Shown piece by piece: positions 1-9,250 of a DNA stretch of 28,224 nucleotides. The position numbers were made by a program, and so were the translations under genes. Origin of the DNA: a bacterium. Lineage in GTDB: Bacteria > Hinthialibacterota > Hinthialibacteria > Hinthialibacterales > Hinthialibacteraceae. Within the stretch, counting starts at the first letter, position 1. The number at the start of each line of letters is the position of its first letter. The stretch covers positions 1-28,224 of the forward strand of contig CAXXSM010000139.1 in assembly GCA_963663405.2 (NCBI GenBank), read 5' to 3'. Under the pieces are notes generated by a model. The model was not told the origin of the DNA. It did no database searches and saw only the letters and a list, made by a program, of their open reading frames with translations.

Positions 1-646
1 GATCCACATCCTTCCAAACCCCCATGTACGCCGCGGCGGCTCTCGGTGAAAAATCCATTGAAATCATGCAGAAATTAATAGATCGGGGAGCTCTTGCGAA
101 GGATGTATTTATAATGCGGCGGAACACCGTAACCTGGAGGGGATGAAATTCCTTCTCCAACACGGCGCGGATATCAATGAAACTAATTATAACGGTGAAA
201 GCGGTTTAATCCTCGCCGCTAAGAAGGGTCATTTCGATGTAGTGAAATTTCTCGTAGAAAAAGGGGCGAATCTATCAAAAGGTAAGAGTCAATATAACGC
301 CTTGTACCATGCAGTGGAAAATGGCCATACTGAAATCGTCAAATTTCTTCTCGAACAAGAAATCGATCCAAGCGGCGCCTTGGTCATCGCGGCGGAGAAA
401 GGATATGAGGAAATCCTGAAAACACTCTTGGATCATGGCGGGGATATCAACGAAACCAACAACAAATACACCCCATTAACCTGCGCGGTCGTTCGCGGAG
501 GATTGAATATAGTCCAAATCCTGATCGATCGCGGCGCCGATGTCAATCGACCGGATGGAAATGGAAAGAAAGCCCTTCAATACGCCCGTGAGTATGAAGA
601 CAAAGAAATCGCGGACATTCTAATCAAAGCGGGAGCAGAGAATTAA
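1..646 (+). CDS. Ankyrin-repeat protein, array copy 1 (5' truncated by window edge; 1-nt frameshift near 99-101)
   Basis: Frame 3 from base 3 reads STSFQTPMYAAAALGEKSIEIMQKLIDRGALA, matching paralog 3 (SVSWQPIMYTAAGIKKNTVEIMTKLLDRGASV). Adding one A in gcgaagga restores KGCIYNAAEHRNLEG-MKFLLQHG into ORF 143..646. Ankyrin motifs G-x-T/S-x-L-x-x-A...LL-x-x-GAD-x-N. Confidence 0.9.
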
Positions 647-668
647 GCCTGAAAGAGGAGCGCACAAA

Positions 669-1814
669 ATGACTGATTCCAAGAGACATTCCATTTCTCT
701 TTATTGCGCGTGGAAGAAAATTTTCCTAATTCCCCTCGTTTTCCTTCTCGCCTCCTGCATGGACGCAACGCCGCCAATCATCAAAGCAGTCAAAAGCGGC
801 TCGCTCGAAGAAGTGCAGAAAGCGATTCGATACAAAGCGGATTTGAACGCGGTTGACGAAAGGGGATTAACGGCGCTGCTGATTGCGATGGGAGCAAAAC
901 AAACACAGCAAGACAAAAGTTATCAAAACTACGATATCGCAATCGCATTAATCGAAGCCGGAGCGGATTTGAACGCCGAGAATCAAAACGGCATTACCGT
1001 TTTGGACTACGCTATATGGTGGAGTAAAACTGATCTCTTCAAATTGCTGGTCGAAAAAGGCGCCAAAATAAACGATATAGGCAATTCCACCCTCGTTCGC
1101 GCGATACACTGCAGAAACATAGAGATTTTCGATTTCATTTTAGAGAAAACAGAATATGAGTATCCAGAAACAGCATATGGATCCGCCGTGAAGGCAGCGG
1201 TTTCGAGCGATAAACACACCGTTGAATTCTTGACAAAACTCCTCAATCGAGGGGCCAATATACATGGATATTTTCGAGAAGCGGCGCAATATGGAAATGT
1301 GGAAGCGATGAAATTCCTACTCCAACATGGCGCCGACATCAACGAAACATCTATTGATGGTGGGAGCGGATTAATTTCCGCTTCGTATAACGGTCATGTC
1401 GAAGCAGTACGATTTCTACTCGAAAAGGGCGCCGATACATCCATGATGCAAGACCAGCGCAACGCTTTGTATTGGGCGGTAGATAAACAACACTCAGAAA
1501 TCGTCGATCTTCTTCTCGAAAAAGAAATCGACACAAGCGGCGCCTTAGTTCTCGCGGTGGAAAAAGGGGATGTGAAGATCATAAAAAAACTCCTAAAATA
1601 TAGCGTGGATTTAAACGAAACAAATCTTAAGGGTTATACTCCATTAACCATCGCTGTGATTCAAAGCGATAAAAAAGCGGTTCAAATCCTAATTGAACAC
1701 GGCGCCGATGTATACCATCCAGACAAAAACGGGATGACCGCCCTGCAATACGCCCAAGAGTTTGAAGATGAAGAAATGATAAAACTCCTAAAAAACGCGG
1801 GCGCGAAAGAGTAA
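669..1814 (+). CDS. Ankyrin-repeat lipoprotein, array copy 2
   Basis: Repeated ankyrin motifs (GLTALLIA, GITVLDYA, GYTPLTIA, GMTALQYA); signal peptide with lipobox LAS-C; SD gaggag upstream. Confidence 0.93.
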   Translation: MTDSKRHSISLYCAWKKIFLIPLVFLLASCMDATPPIIKAVKSGSLEEVQKAIRYKADLNAVDERGLTALLIAMGAKQTQQDKSYQNYDIAIALIEAGADLNAENQNGITVLDYAIWWSKTDLFKLLVEKGAKINDIGNSTLVRAIHCRNIEIFDFILEKTEYEYPETAYGSAVKAAVSSDKHTVEFLTKLLNRGANIHGYFREAAQYGNVEAMKFLLQHGADINETSIDGGSGLISASYNGHVEAVRFLLEKGADTSMMQDQRNALYWAVDKQHSEIVDLLLEKEIDTSGALVLAVEKGDVKIIKKLLKYSVDLNETNLKGYTPLTIAVIQSDKKAVQILIEHGADVYHPDKNGMTALQYAQEFEDEEMIKLLKNAGAKE

Positions 1815-1882
1815 GCGCCGAAAGGAGCGTACACAATGACCTGCGCCAGGAGACATTCTATTTCTCATTATTGTACGTGGAA
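1737..1882 (+). repeat. Near-identical gene-junction direct repeat (copy A; partner at 2916-3061)
   Basis: Manual alignment with 2916-3061: 4 mismatches in 146 nt, covering the 3' end of one gene, the spacer and the 5' end of the next. Confidence 0.9.
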
Positions 1883-2993
1883 GAGAATCTTCCTTATCCC
1901 TCTCATTTTCCTTCTCTCTTCCTGTATGGATGCGACGCCGCCGATCATCAAAGCGGTCGAGAGCGGCTCGCTCGAAGAAGTACAGAAAGCGATTCGATAC
2001 AACGCGGACCTGAACGCGCTTGATGAGGAGGGGATGACCGCGCTAATGATTGCGGTCCGGGGAGTGCGGACACGTCTCCCCAATGGACAAATCCATTTAA
2101 CGTCCTTAGACACCAGGATCGCCAAAGCCTTGATTGAAGCCGGGGCGGATTTAGATACCTCTAAAAAAAATACTACGGTGTTAGACTTAGCGATCTTGCG
2201 AAATGAACCGGATCTCGTTGAACTGCTTCTTGAAAAGGGCGCCCCGCTAACTACTTTCGATAATTCTTCCCTTAAACACTCCATCTATTGTGGCAACCTG
2301 GATATTTTCGATCTCATATTCAAAAAAACAATAAAGACGAATCCATCCGTATCTTGGCAGCCCATCATGTACACAGCAGCGGGGATCAAAAAAAACACCG
2401 TGGAAATCATGACGAAATTATTGGATCGAGGCGCCAGCGTTAAAGGATGTTTTTATATTGCGGCGGAACACGGAAATATGGAAGGGGTAAAATTCCTGCT
2501 ACAACACGGAGCAGATCTCAACGAAACAAATTTCAATGGAGTAACTGGTTTGTTTCTCGCCGCGAAAAGAGGACATCTTGAAACAGTTAAATACCTTCTT
2601 GAACAAGGCGCTGATTTGTCAAAAGGCAAATATCAATTTGACGCCCTGCTGCTGGCGGAGGAACGCGGTTATCATGAAATCGTGGATATCCTTTTTGATT
2701 ATGGCATCAATACAAGCGGCGCTTTATTCATTGTAGAAAAAACCGGACATGCGCATGTCATGAGAAAACTCCTGAAGCGCGGCGCGGATACAAACGAAAC
2801 CAACCCCGATGGATACACTCCTTTAACTTTCGCCGCTGTTCATGGAGGATTATACGAAGTCCAAATCCTGATTGAACATGGCGCCGACGTCAACCACCCA
2901 GACAAAAACGGAAAAACCGCCCTGCAATACGCCCAAGAGTGTGAAGATGAAGAAATGATAAAACTCCTCAAAAACGCGGGCGCGAAAGAGTAA
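1836..2993 (+). CDS. Ankyrin-repeat lipoprotein, array copy 3
   Basis: Same architecture as copy 2; lipobox LSS-C; SD aaggag. Confidence 0.93.
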   Translation: MTCARRHSISHYCTWKRIFLIPLIFLLSSCMDATPPIIKAVESGSLEEVQKAIRYNADLNALDEEGMTALMIAVRGVRTRLPNGQIHLTSLDTRIAKALIEAGADLDTSKKNTTVLDLAILRNEPDLVELLLEKGAPLTTFDNSSLKHSIYCGNLDIFDLIFKKTIKTNPSVSWQPIMYTAAGIKKNTVEIMTKLLDRGASVKGCFYIAAEHGNMEGVKFLLQHGADLNETNFNGVTGLFLAAKRGHLETVKYLLEQGADLSKGKYQFDALLLAEERGYHEIVDILFDYGINTSGALFIVEKTGHAHVMRKLLKRGADTNETNPDGYTPLTFAAVHGGLYEVQILIEHGADVNHPDKNGKTALQYAQECEDEEMIKLLKNAGAKE

Positions 2994-3061
2994 GCGCCGA
3001 AAGGAGCGAACACAATGACCTGCGCCAGGAGACATTCCATTTCTCATTATTGTACGTGGAA
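2916..3061 (+). repeat. Near-identical gene-junction direct repeat (copy B)
   Basis: Offset 1179 nt from 1737-1882; more diverged versions at the junctions near 600-720 and 4080-4200. Confidence 0.9.
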
Positions 3062-4175
3062 ACGAACCATCCTTGTCCCTCTTGTTATCCTTCTCGCCTC
3101 CTGCATGGATGCGACGCCGCCGATAATCAAGGCGGTCGAGAGCGGCTCGCTTGAAAAAGTGCGGAAAGCGATTCGATACAAAGCGGATCTGGAAGCGGTT
3201 GACCAATACGGCAATACAGGGCTGATGATTGCGATCCAAGGAAAACGGCATGATTATGGGAACAGAATCTACAGTTACGGATCTCCGAACTTCGATATCG
3301 CCAAGGCTCTGATCAAAGCCGGGGCAAATGTGAACGCCGATAATCGAAGTGGCGTAACAGTATTAGACTGCGCCATCGGGAAAGCTCAACTCGATCTTAT
3401 AAAACAGTTGATTGAGAAGGGAGCGAAAATAAACGCTCTCGATGATTCCACTCTGACAAAAGCCATCGAATGTAGAAATTTTGAGATCTTCAATTATCTA
3501 TTTGAGAAGACAAAAGACGTGAAACAAACTTCAGCTTACGTGTCCGCCATGCGCGCGGCGGCGGAATGGGAAGCCAAAGCGATTCCGATCATGACGAAAC
3601 TTCTCGAGCGGGGAGCCAGTGTAAAAGGGAGTTTTTACGCAGCGGCGGAGTGCGGAAATTTGAAGGCGATGGAATTTCTTCTCCAACATGGCGCTGATGT
3701 AAATGAAACTGGTTCTAGTGGTATAAGTGGATTGGCCTGCGCCTCTCTTAAAGGCGATCTCAAAACAGTACGATTTCTTCTTGACCGCGGCGCCGATCTT
3801 TCAAAAGAAAATACTCAATACAACGCCCTATACTACGCACTATTTAATGGTCACACAGAAATCGCTGACCTGCTCATTGAAAAGGGAATCGACACAAGCG
3901 GCGCCTTGGTCCTCGCGGCGGAGAAAGGTCAAGTGAGCATCATGAAAAAACTGTTTACGCGGGAGGTGAACACCAATGAAACCAATACGGATGGCTACAC
4001 GCCTTTAACCGTTGCGGTGATTCGCGGGGGATATGACGCGGTTCAATTTCTTATAGAAAACGGAGTGGACGTCAACCATCCAGACAAGAACGGGATGACC
4101 GCCCTCCAATACGCCCAAGAGTTTGAAGATCAAAAAATGATAAAACTCCTGAAAAATGCAGGCGCGAAGGAATAA
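3015..4175 (+). CDS. Ankyrin-repeat lipoprotein, array copy 4
   Basis: Same architecture; lipobox LAS-C; SD aaggag. Confidence 0.93.
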   Translation: MTCARRHSISHYCTWKRTILVPLVILLASCMDATPPIIKAVESGSLEKVRKAIRYKADLEAVDQYGNTGLMIAIQGKRHDYGNRIYSYGSPNFDIAKALIKAGANVNADNRSGVTVLDCAIGKAQLDLIKQLIEKGAKINALDDSTLTKAIECRNFEIFNYLFEKTKDVKQTSAYVSAMRAAAEWEAKAIPIMTKLLERGASVKGSFYAAAECGNLKAMEFLLQHGADVNETGSSGISGLACASLKGDLKTVRFLLDRGADLSKENTQYNALYYALFNGHTEIADLLIEKGIDTSGALVLAAEKGQVSIMKKLFTREVNTNETNTDGYTPLTVAVIRGGYDAVQFLIENGVDVNHPDKNGMTALQYAQEFEDQKMIKLLKNAGAKE

Positions 4176-4196
4176 GCGCGAATCGGAGCCCACTCA

Positions 4197-5354
4197 ATGA
4201 CCGGCGCGGGTAAATATTTCCAATCGGTTTGGATACGCAAGGAAAGAATTCTGTTCTCCCTGCTTCTTCTCCTCACATCATGCGCCGATACTACCCCTCC
4301 CATCATCAAAGCCGTGAATAGTGGATCGCTGGAAGAAGTGAAAAAAGCGATCCAATACGGGGCGGACCTGAACGCGACAGACGAGAAAGGGTATAGCGGT
4401 CTCCTTATCGCGATCCGGGGACGGTGGACACGTCTCGACAGTGGACACACATTTCTCGAAAAACCGGACGTCAATATCGCCAAAGCTTTGATCGAAGCTG
4501 GAGCGGATATCAGTATTCCAAATCGAATGGGTTACACGGCGTTACGATACGCGATTTGGGAAAAACAAACGGATCTCATCAATTTATTATTGGAAAAGGG
4601 AGCAAGTATAAGCATACTAGAAGACTATTTCTTCTATGACATCTGCTACCGGTGTAACCTGGAAATCATCGATCTTGTATTAGACAAGATTGAAAAAGAA
4701 AAACGAACCACAATTTATCAAACCGCCATGCAAGCCGCGTCGCGCCGAGAGAAAGATTCCATTGAATTGATGACGAAACTACTCGATCGAGGCGCTAATG
4801 TGAAAGGAAGTTTTTATTTCGCGGCATTAAATGGAAATATAGAAGCAATGGAATTTCTTCTCCAACACGGCGCTGATCTCGATGAAACGAATTCAATTAA
4901 CAAAAGTGGCTTGTATTACGCGATTGAAAACGGTCATCTCGATGCGGTACGATTTCTTCTTGAAAAAGGAGCCAGTATTACAGCCGGTAAAGGCATATTA
5001 GAGGCCCTAAAAACGGCAGTTGAGAAAGGTCATGCCGAAATCGTCGATCTCCTTCTAGAAAACGGTGTCAACAAACACGGACTTTTGACAATTGCAGCGG
5101 AAAACGGACAAATCGAGGTGATGAAAGTATTATTAATGCGGGGCGCAAATCCTAACGAAACCAACCAAGAAGGTCACACGCCATTAACTTCCGCTGTGAT
5201 TCATGGTGGATTAAAGCCACTCCAATTCCTAATCGAAAAGGGTGCGGACGTCAATCACCCAGATAAAAAAGGAGTCACCCCCATTCAATACGCCCAAGAT
5301 TACAAAGACGAAGAAATGATTGTGATACTGAAAAAGGCAGGCGCGAAGGAGTAA
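4197..5354 (+). CDS. Ankyrin-repeat lipoprotein, array copy 5 (most divergent N-terminus)
   Basis: Same architecture; lipobox LTS-C; SD ggag. Confidence 0.93.
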   Translation: MTGAGKYFQSVWIRKERILFSLLLLLTSCADTTPPIIKAVNSGSLEEVKKAIQYGADLNATDEKGYSGLLIAIRGRWTRLDSGHTFLEKPDVNIAKALIEAGADISIPNRMGYTALRYAIWEKQTDLINLLLEKGASISILEDYFFYDICYRCNLEIIDLVLDKIEKEKRTTIYQTAMQAASRREKDSIELMTKLLDRGANVKGSFYFAALNGNIEAMEFLLQHGADLDETNSINKSGLYYAIENGHLDAVRFLLEKGASITAGKGILEALKTAVEKGHAEIVDLLLENGVNKHGLLTIAAENGQIEVMKVLLMRGANPNETNQEGHTPLTSAVIHGGLKPLQFLIEKGADVNHPDKKGVTPIQYAQDYKDEEMIVILKKAGAKE

Positions 5355-5387
5355 GTCTCAACAAGGTAAAACACCCGCTCAACAAGT

Positions 5388-5424
5388 AAAATTAAAAGGC
5401 CGAAGGAACAACACCTTCAGCCTT
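5388..5424 (-). terminator. Intrinsic terminator of metK-ahcY (possibly bidirectional)
   Basis: Minus strand AAGGCTGAAGG-TGTTGTT-CCTTCGGCCTT followed by TTAATTTT, between convergent genes. Confidence 0.75.
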
Positions 5425-5451
5425 CAGTCTTCAACCTAATCCCCTAATGAA

Positions 5452-6912
5452 TCAATACCGGTAATGCTCCGGTTTATAAGGGCCTTCAATCGGCACGCCG
5501 ATATAATCCGCCTGTTTCTGTGTGAGTTTGGTGAGTTTGGCCCCCAGTTTACCTAAGTGTAAACGGGCGACCTCTTCATCCAATTCTTTGGACAGACGGT
5601 ACACGCCGGTCGCTTTTCGTTCTTTCCAAAGATCAATCTGCGCCAAGACTTGATTGGTAAATGAGTTCGACATCACGAATGAAGGATGTCCCGTAGCGCA
5701 GCCCAGATTGACCAAACGCCCCTCAGCCAACATAAAGATCGAATGGCCATCCGCGAAAGTGAACTGATCCACCTGCGGTTTAATATTCATTTTCTTGATC
5801 CCAGGGATCTTTTCGAGCGCGTTGACCTGGATCTCGTTATCGAAATGACCGATGTTACAAACGATGGATTGATCCTTCATCTTTTCCATGTGCTCTGCCC
5901 GAATGACATCACAATTGCCGGTTGTTGTGACGAAGATATTCGCTTCCTCCAGGGCGTCTTCAAGCGTCGTCACTTCAAAACCTTCCATGCAGGCCTGCAG
6001 CGCGCAGATTGGATCAATCTCGGTCACCAGCACACGGGCGCCAAAGCCACGCATCGACTGCGCGCAGCCCTTGCCGACATCGCCATATCCACACACACAG
6101 ACGACCTTGCCCGCGACCATCACATCCGTGGCCCGTTTGATACCGTCCGCCAACGATTCGCGGCAGCCGTAAAGGTTATCGAATTTCGATTTCGTTACAG
6201 AGTCGTTGACATTGATTGCCGGGAACAGAAGCGTTCCCTTCTCCATCATTTCGTATAGCCGATGAACGCCCGTCGTTGTCTCTTCGGAAACTCCTTGAAT
6301 CTCCTTGACTATCTCGTGCCATTTCGTGGGATTCTTCTGGAGTTCTCTTTTCAGCAACGCGTTAATGATCGCCAGTTCCTTGATTTCCGTCGGTTCATCA
6401 AGAAGTGTGGGATCGTCTTCCGCCTGATAGCCGCGATGGACCAACAACGTCGCGTCGCCTCCATCATCCACAATCAGATTCGGCCCTTTGCCGCCGGGGA
6501 ACGAAAGCGCCTGAAGCGTGCATTCCCAATACTCTTCGAGCGATTCGCCTTTCCACGCGAAGACCGGCGCGCCGGTTTCCGCGATAGCGGCGGCGGCGTG
6601 ATCCTGCGTGGAGAAAATATTGCAGGAAGCCCAGCGCACATCCGCGCCCAGCGCCTTGAGCGATTCAATCAACACCGCCGTTTGAATGGTCATATGAAGC
6701 GAACCGGTGATCCGCGCTCCTTGCAACGGTTTTTCGGCCCCGTACTTTGCACGGACCGCCATCAGGCCCGGCATTTCCTCTTCCGCAATCGTGATTTCTT
6801 TGCGTCCGAAATCAGCCAAGGCTTTATCGGCGACTTTATTGGGCAGGCCGGAATAATCCGGCAACACGATGCCCGCGAGATCGATTCCAGACCGTTCAAG
6901 TACTTGAGTCAT
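5452..6912 (-). CDS. ahcY: Adenosylhomocysteinase (SAH hydrolase)
   Basis: Motifs [91 protein letters not shown]. Confidence 0.98.
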   Translation of the reverse strand: MTQVLERSGIDLAGIVLPDYSGLPNKVADKALADFGRKEITIAEEEMPGLMAVRAKYGAEKPLQGARITGSLHMTIQTAVLIESLKALGADVRWASCNIFSTQDHAAAAIAETGAPVFAWKGESLEEYWECTLQALSFPGGKGPNLIVDDGGDATLLVHRGYQAEDDPTLLDEPTEIKELAIINALLKRELQKNPTKWHEIVKEIQGVSEETTTGVHRLYEMMEKGTLLFPAINVNDSVTKSKFDNLYGCRESLADGIKRATDVMVAGKVVCVCGYGDVGKGCAQSMRGFGARVLVTEIDPICALQACMEGFEVTTLEDALEEANIFVTTTGNCDVIRAEHMEKMKDQSIVCNIGHFDNEIQVNALEKIPGIKKMNIKPQVDQFTFADGHSIFMLAEGRLVNLGCATGHPSFVMSNSFTNQVLAQIDLWKERKATGVYRLSKELDEEVARLHLGKLGAKLTKLTQKQADYIGVPIEGPYKPEHYRY

Positions 6913-6939
6913 AGGATTTGTCCCCCTTTTGGGTTTATT

Positions 6940-8079
6940 TTATTTTTTCAACGCGTCCACGTAATCCAACTGTTCCCACGGAAATTCGATGCGTCCAAAA
7001 TGTCCATACGAGGCGGATGGCCGGTAAATCGGACGCCGCAGGTTTAAACGGGATATAATCGCCGCCGGACGCAAGTCGAAGTGTTCTTTGACCAGAGCGG
7101 CGATTTTCTCTTCTTCGATCTTTCCGGTCCCAAATGTTTCCACATTAATCGAAACCGGTTCGGCCACGCCGATCGCATACGCCACGGCCACTTCACAACG
7201 ATCGGCCAATCCCGCCGCGACGACGTTCTTCGCGACGTGACGCGCCGCATAAGCGCCGCTGCGGTCCACCTTCGATGGATCTTTACCGGAGAACGCGCCA
7301 CCTCCGTGACGACCAACGCCTCCGTATGTGTCAACGATAATCTTCCGGCCGGTCAATCCGCAATCACCCATTGGACCTCCGACCACAAATTTGCCCGTTG
7401 GATTGATGTGATACTTAGTTTCCTGCAGAAGATTCGCGGGGATCACTTTCTTAATTACTTCTTCTGTAATCGCTTCGGAAATCTCCGCTTGGCTGATTTC
7501 CGGCGCGTGTTGCGTAGAGATCACTACTGCCTTAACTTGTATAACCTTATCGCCATCATACTCCACGCTTACCTGAGATTTCCCATCCGCCCGCGCCCAT
7601 GAAAGCGTTCCATCTTTTCGCGCTTCCGACAACCGGCGTGTTAACCGGTGCGCCAGCACGATCGGCATGGGCATGTATTCCTCGGTTTCATTCGTGGCGT
7701 ATCCATACATCATGCCTTGGTCACCGGCCCCCTGTTCATGATCATCGGTTTGATCCACCCCCTGCGCAATATCGGGGGATTGGCGATCCAACGACACCAA
7801 CACTCCGCAGGTATTGCAATCGAAACCATAACTTGCATCGTTATAGCCAATCTCATCCACTACCTGACGAGCGACTTTTTGATAATCAATTTTCGCGCTC
7901 GTTGTGATTTCACCGGCCAGCACAATCAAGCCCGTTGTAATCAGGGTTTCACACGCGACACGGCCATAGGGATCGACTTCATAGATGGCGTCCAGGACGC
8001 CGTCGGATATTTGATCGGCGATCTTATCGGGATGACCTTCAGTAACAGACTCAGAAGTAATAATTCTTTTTTTGGCCAT
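6940..8079 (-). CDS. metK: S-adenosylmethionine synthetase
   Basis: Motifs [60 protein letters not shown]. Confidence 0.98.
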   Translation of the reverse strand: MAKKRIITSESVTEGHPDKIADQISDGVLDAIYEVDPYGRVACETLITTGLIVLAGEITTSAKIDYQKVARQVVDEIGYNDASYGFDCNTCGVLVSLDRQSPDIAQGVDQTDDHEQGAGDQGMMYGYATNETEEYMPMPIVLAHRLTRRLSEARKDGTLSWARADGKSQVSVEYDGDKVIQVKAVVISTQHAPEISQAEISEAITEEVIKKVIPANLLQETKYHINPTGKFVVGGPMGDCGLTGRKIIVDTYGGVGRHGGGAFSGKDPSKVDRSGAYAARHVAKNVVAAGLADRCEVAVAYAIGVAEPVSINVETFGTGKIEEEKIAALVKEHFDLRPAAIISRLNLRRPIYRPSASYGHFGRIEFPWEQLDYVDALKK

Positions 8080-8186
8080 TATGATCTGATTTCCTCTCTT
8101 TTCTGTATAAATTGATCGGAGCGCGTTAGTTCAATCCTGACTTGAAGGAAAGATGGCTCCCTTTTTTTCCAGAATTTTGGAATCTC

Positions 8187-8250
8187 TTGACCTTCCACAA
8201 TTTCAATCGTTAAATAGTATATGCATACAAACGAATATATGCAATTATAC
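8187..8250 (+). promoter_or_regulatory. Putative sigma70 promoter (TTGACC-17-TTAAAT) with a palindromic candidate SahR/SamR operator at 8218-8243
   Basis: TTGACC 8187-8192, TTAAAT 8210-8215; TATATGC-N8-GAATATA (8218-8239) and TGCATA-N10-TATGCA (8222-8243) in the divergent intergenic region. Confidence 0.55.
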
Positions 8251-8276
8251 TCGGACCAGGATAAGAAACAAGTATC

Positions 8277-9242
8277 ATGTCCAGCCGAAAAGATCCCGTT
8301 AAAATCTTTAAATCCCTCTCGGATGAAACCCGTCTCCGTATCCTTTGGCTGCTGGATGGAAATGAATTGAGCGTCAACGACATGGCGGAAATCCTTGGCT
8401 CGACACAATCTCGAGTTTCACGCCATCTTACGGTCCTCCGGGAATCGAATTTTCTCGAAAGCCGCCGTGAAGGAACCTGGGTTTATTACCGTAAACCGGA
8501 CGATTCAATCCTTGAATGGGAAATCGCCCAAGCCTGGCAATTCGTCCGTGAATGGGCCGGACGTCATGAAGAGGCGAAAAACGATCACAAACGATTAAAA
8601 ATAATTTTACACAATAAACGGATGCGCAGCCGGCGTTTTTTCGGCAAACACGCCTCGCATTGGGATGAGATCCGCATGAAACAATGCGGCGAACTCGTCA
8701 CCTTGCAAGCGATGGAATCCTTGATCCCACCCCAATTGACTGTTCTGGATGTCGGGACGGGAACCGGGCATCTTCTGATTCCTTTGGCGCGCATCGCTCG
8801 CAAAGTGATCGGTGTCGATCACTCCCCCCAAATGCTCAATCATGCAAAAGAAAACGCCCGTAACGCCGGTGTCGAGAATATCGAACTCCGTCAGGGAGAA
8901 ATCGATGAACTCCCTTTGCAGGATGAAGAAGTAGACGCGGTTTTCGCCAGCCTCGTCCTCCATCACGCCCCGGATCCACGGAAGGCGATCCAGGAAATGG
9001 TCCGTGTCGTGAAACCGGGAGGACCGGTCACGATCATCGATTTACAGCAACATGCCGAGGAATGGATGCGGGATGAATTGGCCGACACATGGCTCGGATT
9101 CGAAGAAGAAGACATGCGGAAATGGTTCCACCAATCAGGATTGACGAATCCACAGTGGATCGAAGGTGAACCACCGGCCAATGGAAACGCGAAAACCGCA
9201 AAGGTGCGTAGTTTTATTTTCTATGGGCGGAAAGAAATGTAA
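8277..9242 (+). CDS. sahR: ArsR-family HTH fused to a class I SAM-binding methyltransferase domain; SahR/SamR-like regulator of the SAM cycle
   Basis: N-terminal FKSLSDETRLRIL...QSRVSRHL...RREGTWVYY; C-terminal VLDVGTGTG, LVLHHAPDP, RVVKPGG; divergent from metK-ahcY. Confidence 0.85.
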   Translation: MSSRKDPVKIFKSLSDETRLRILWLLDGNELSVNDMAEILGSTQSRVSRHLTVLRESNFLESRREGTWVYYRKPDDSILEWEIAQAWQFVREWAGRHEEAKNDHKRLKIILHNKRMRSRRFFGKHASHWDEIRMKQCGELVTLQAMESLIPPQLTVLDVGTGTGHLLIPLARIARKVIGVDHSPQMLNHAKENARNAGVENIELRQGEIDELPLQDEEVDAVFASLVLHHAPDPRKAIQEMVRVVKPGGPVTIIDLQQHAEEWMRDELADTWLGFEEEDMRKWFHQSGLTNPQWIEGEPPANGNAKTAKVRSFIFYGRKEM

Positions 9243-9250
9243 GACGCCAT

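Noticed and set aside
1-5354. Diversity-generating retroelement or CRISPR explanation for the repeats
   Set aside because: No reverse transcriptase or cas genes in the window, differences are not adenine-specific, and the units are whole ~1.18 kb genes.
5686-8115. Long antisense ORFs over ahcY/metK (and similar ones over TPR, MFS, DUF711, DUF1080)
   Set aside because: Shadow frames of GC-rich conserved genes; no independent motifs.
8080-8276. SAM or SAH riboswitch upstream of metK
   Set aside because: No SAM-I core (ATC-x-AGAG...GCAACC...GTGC) or SAH motif recognised; an adjacent protein regulator explains control.
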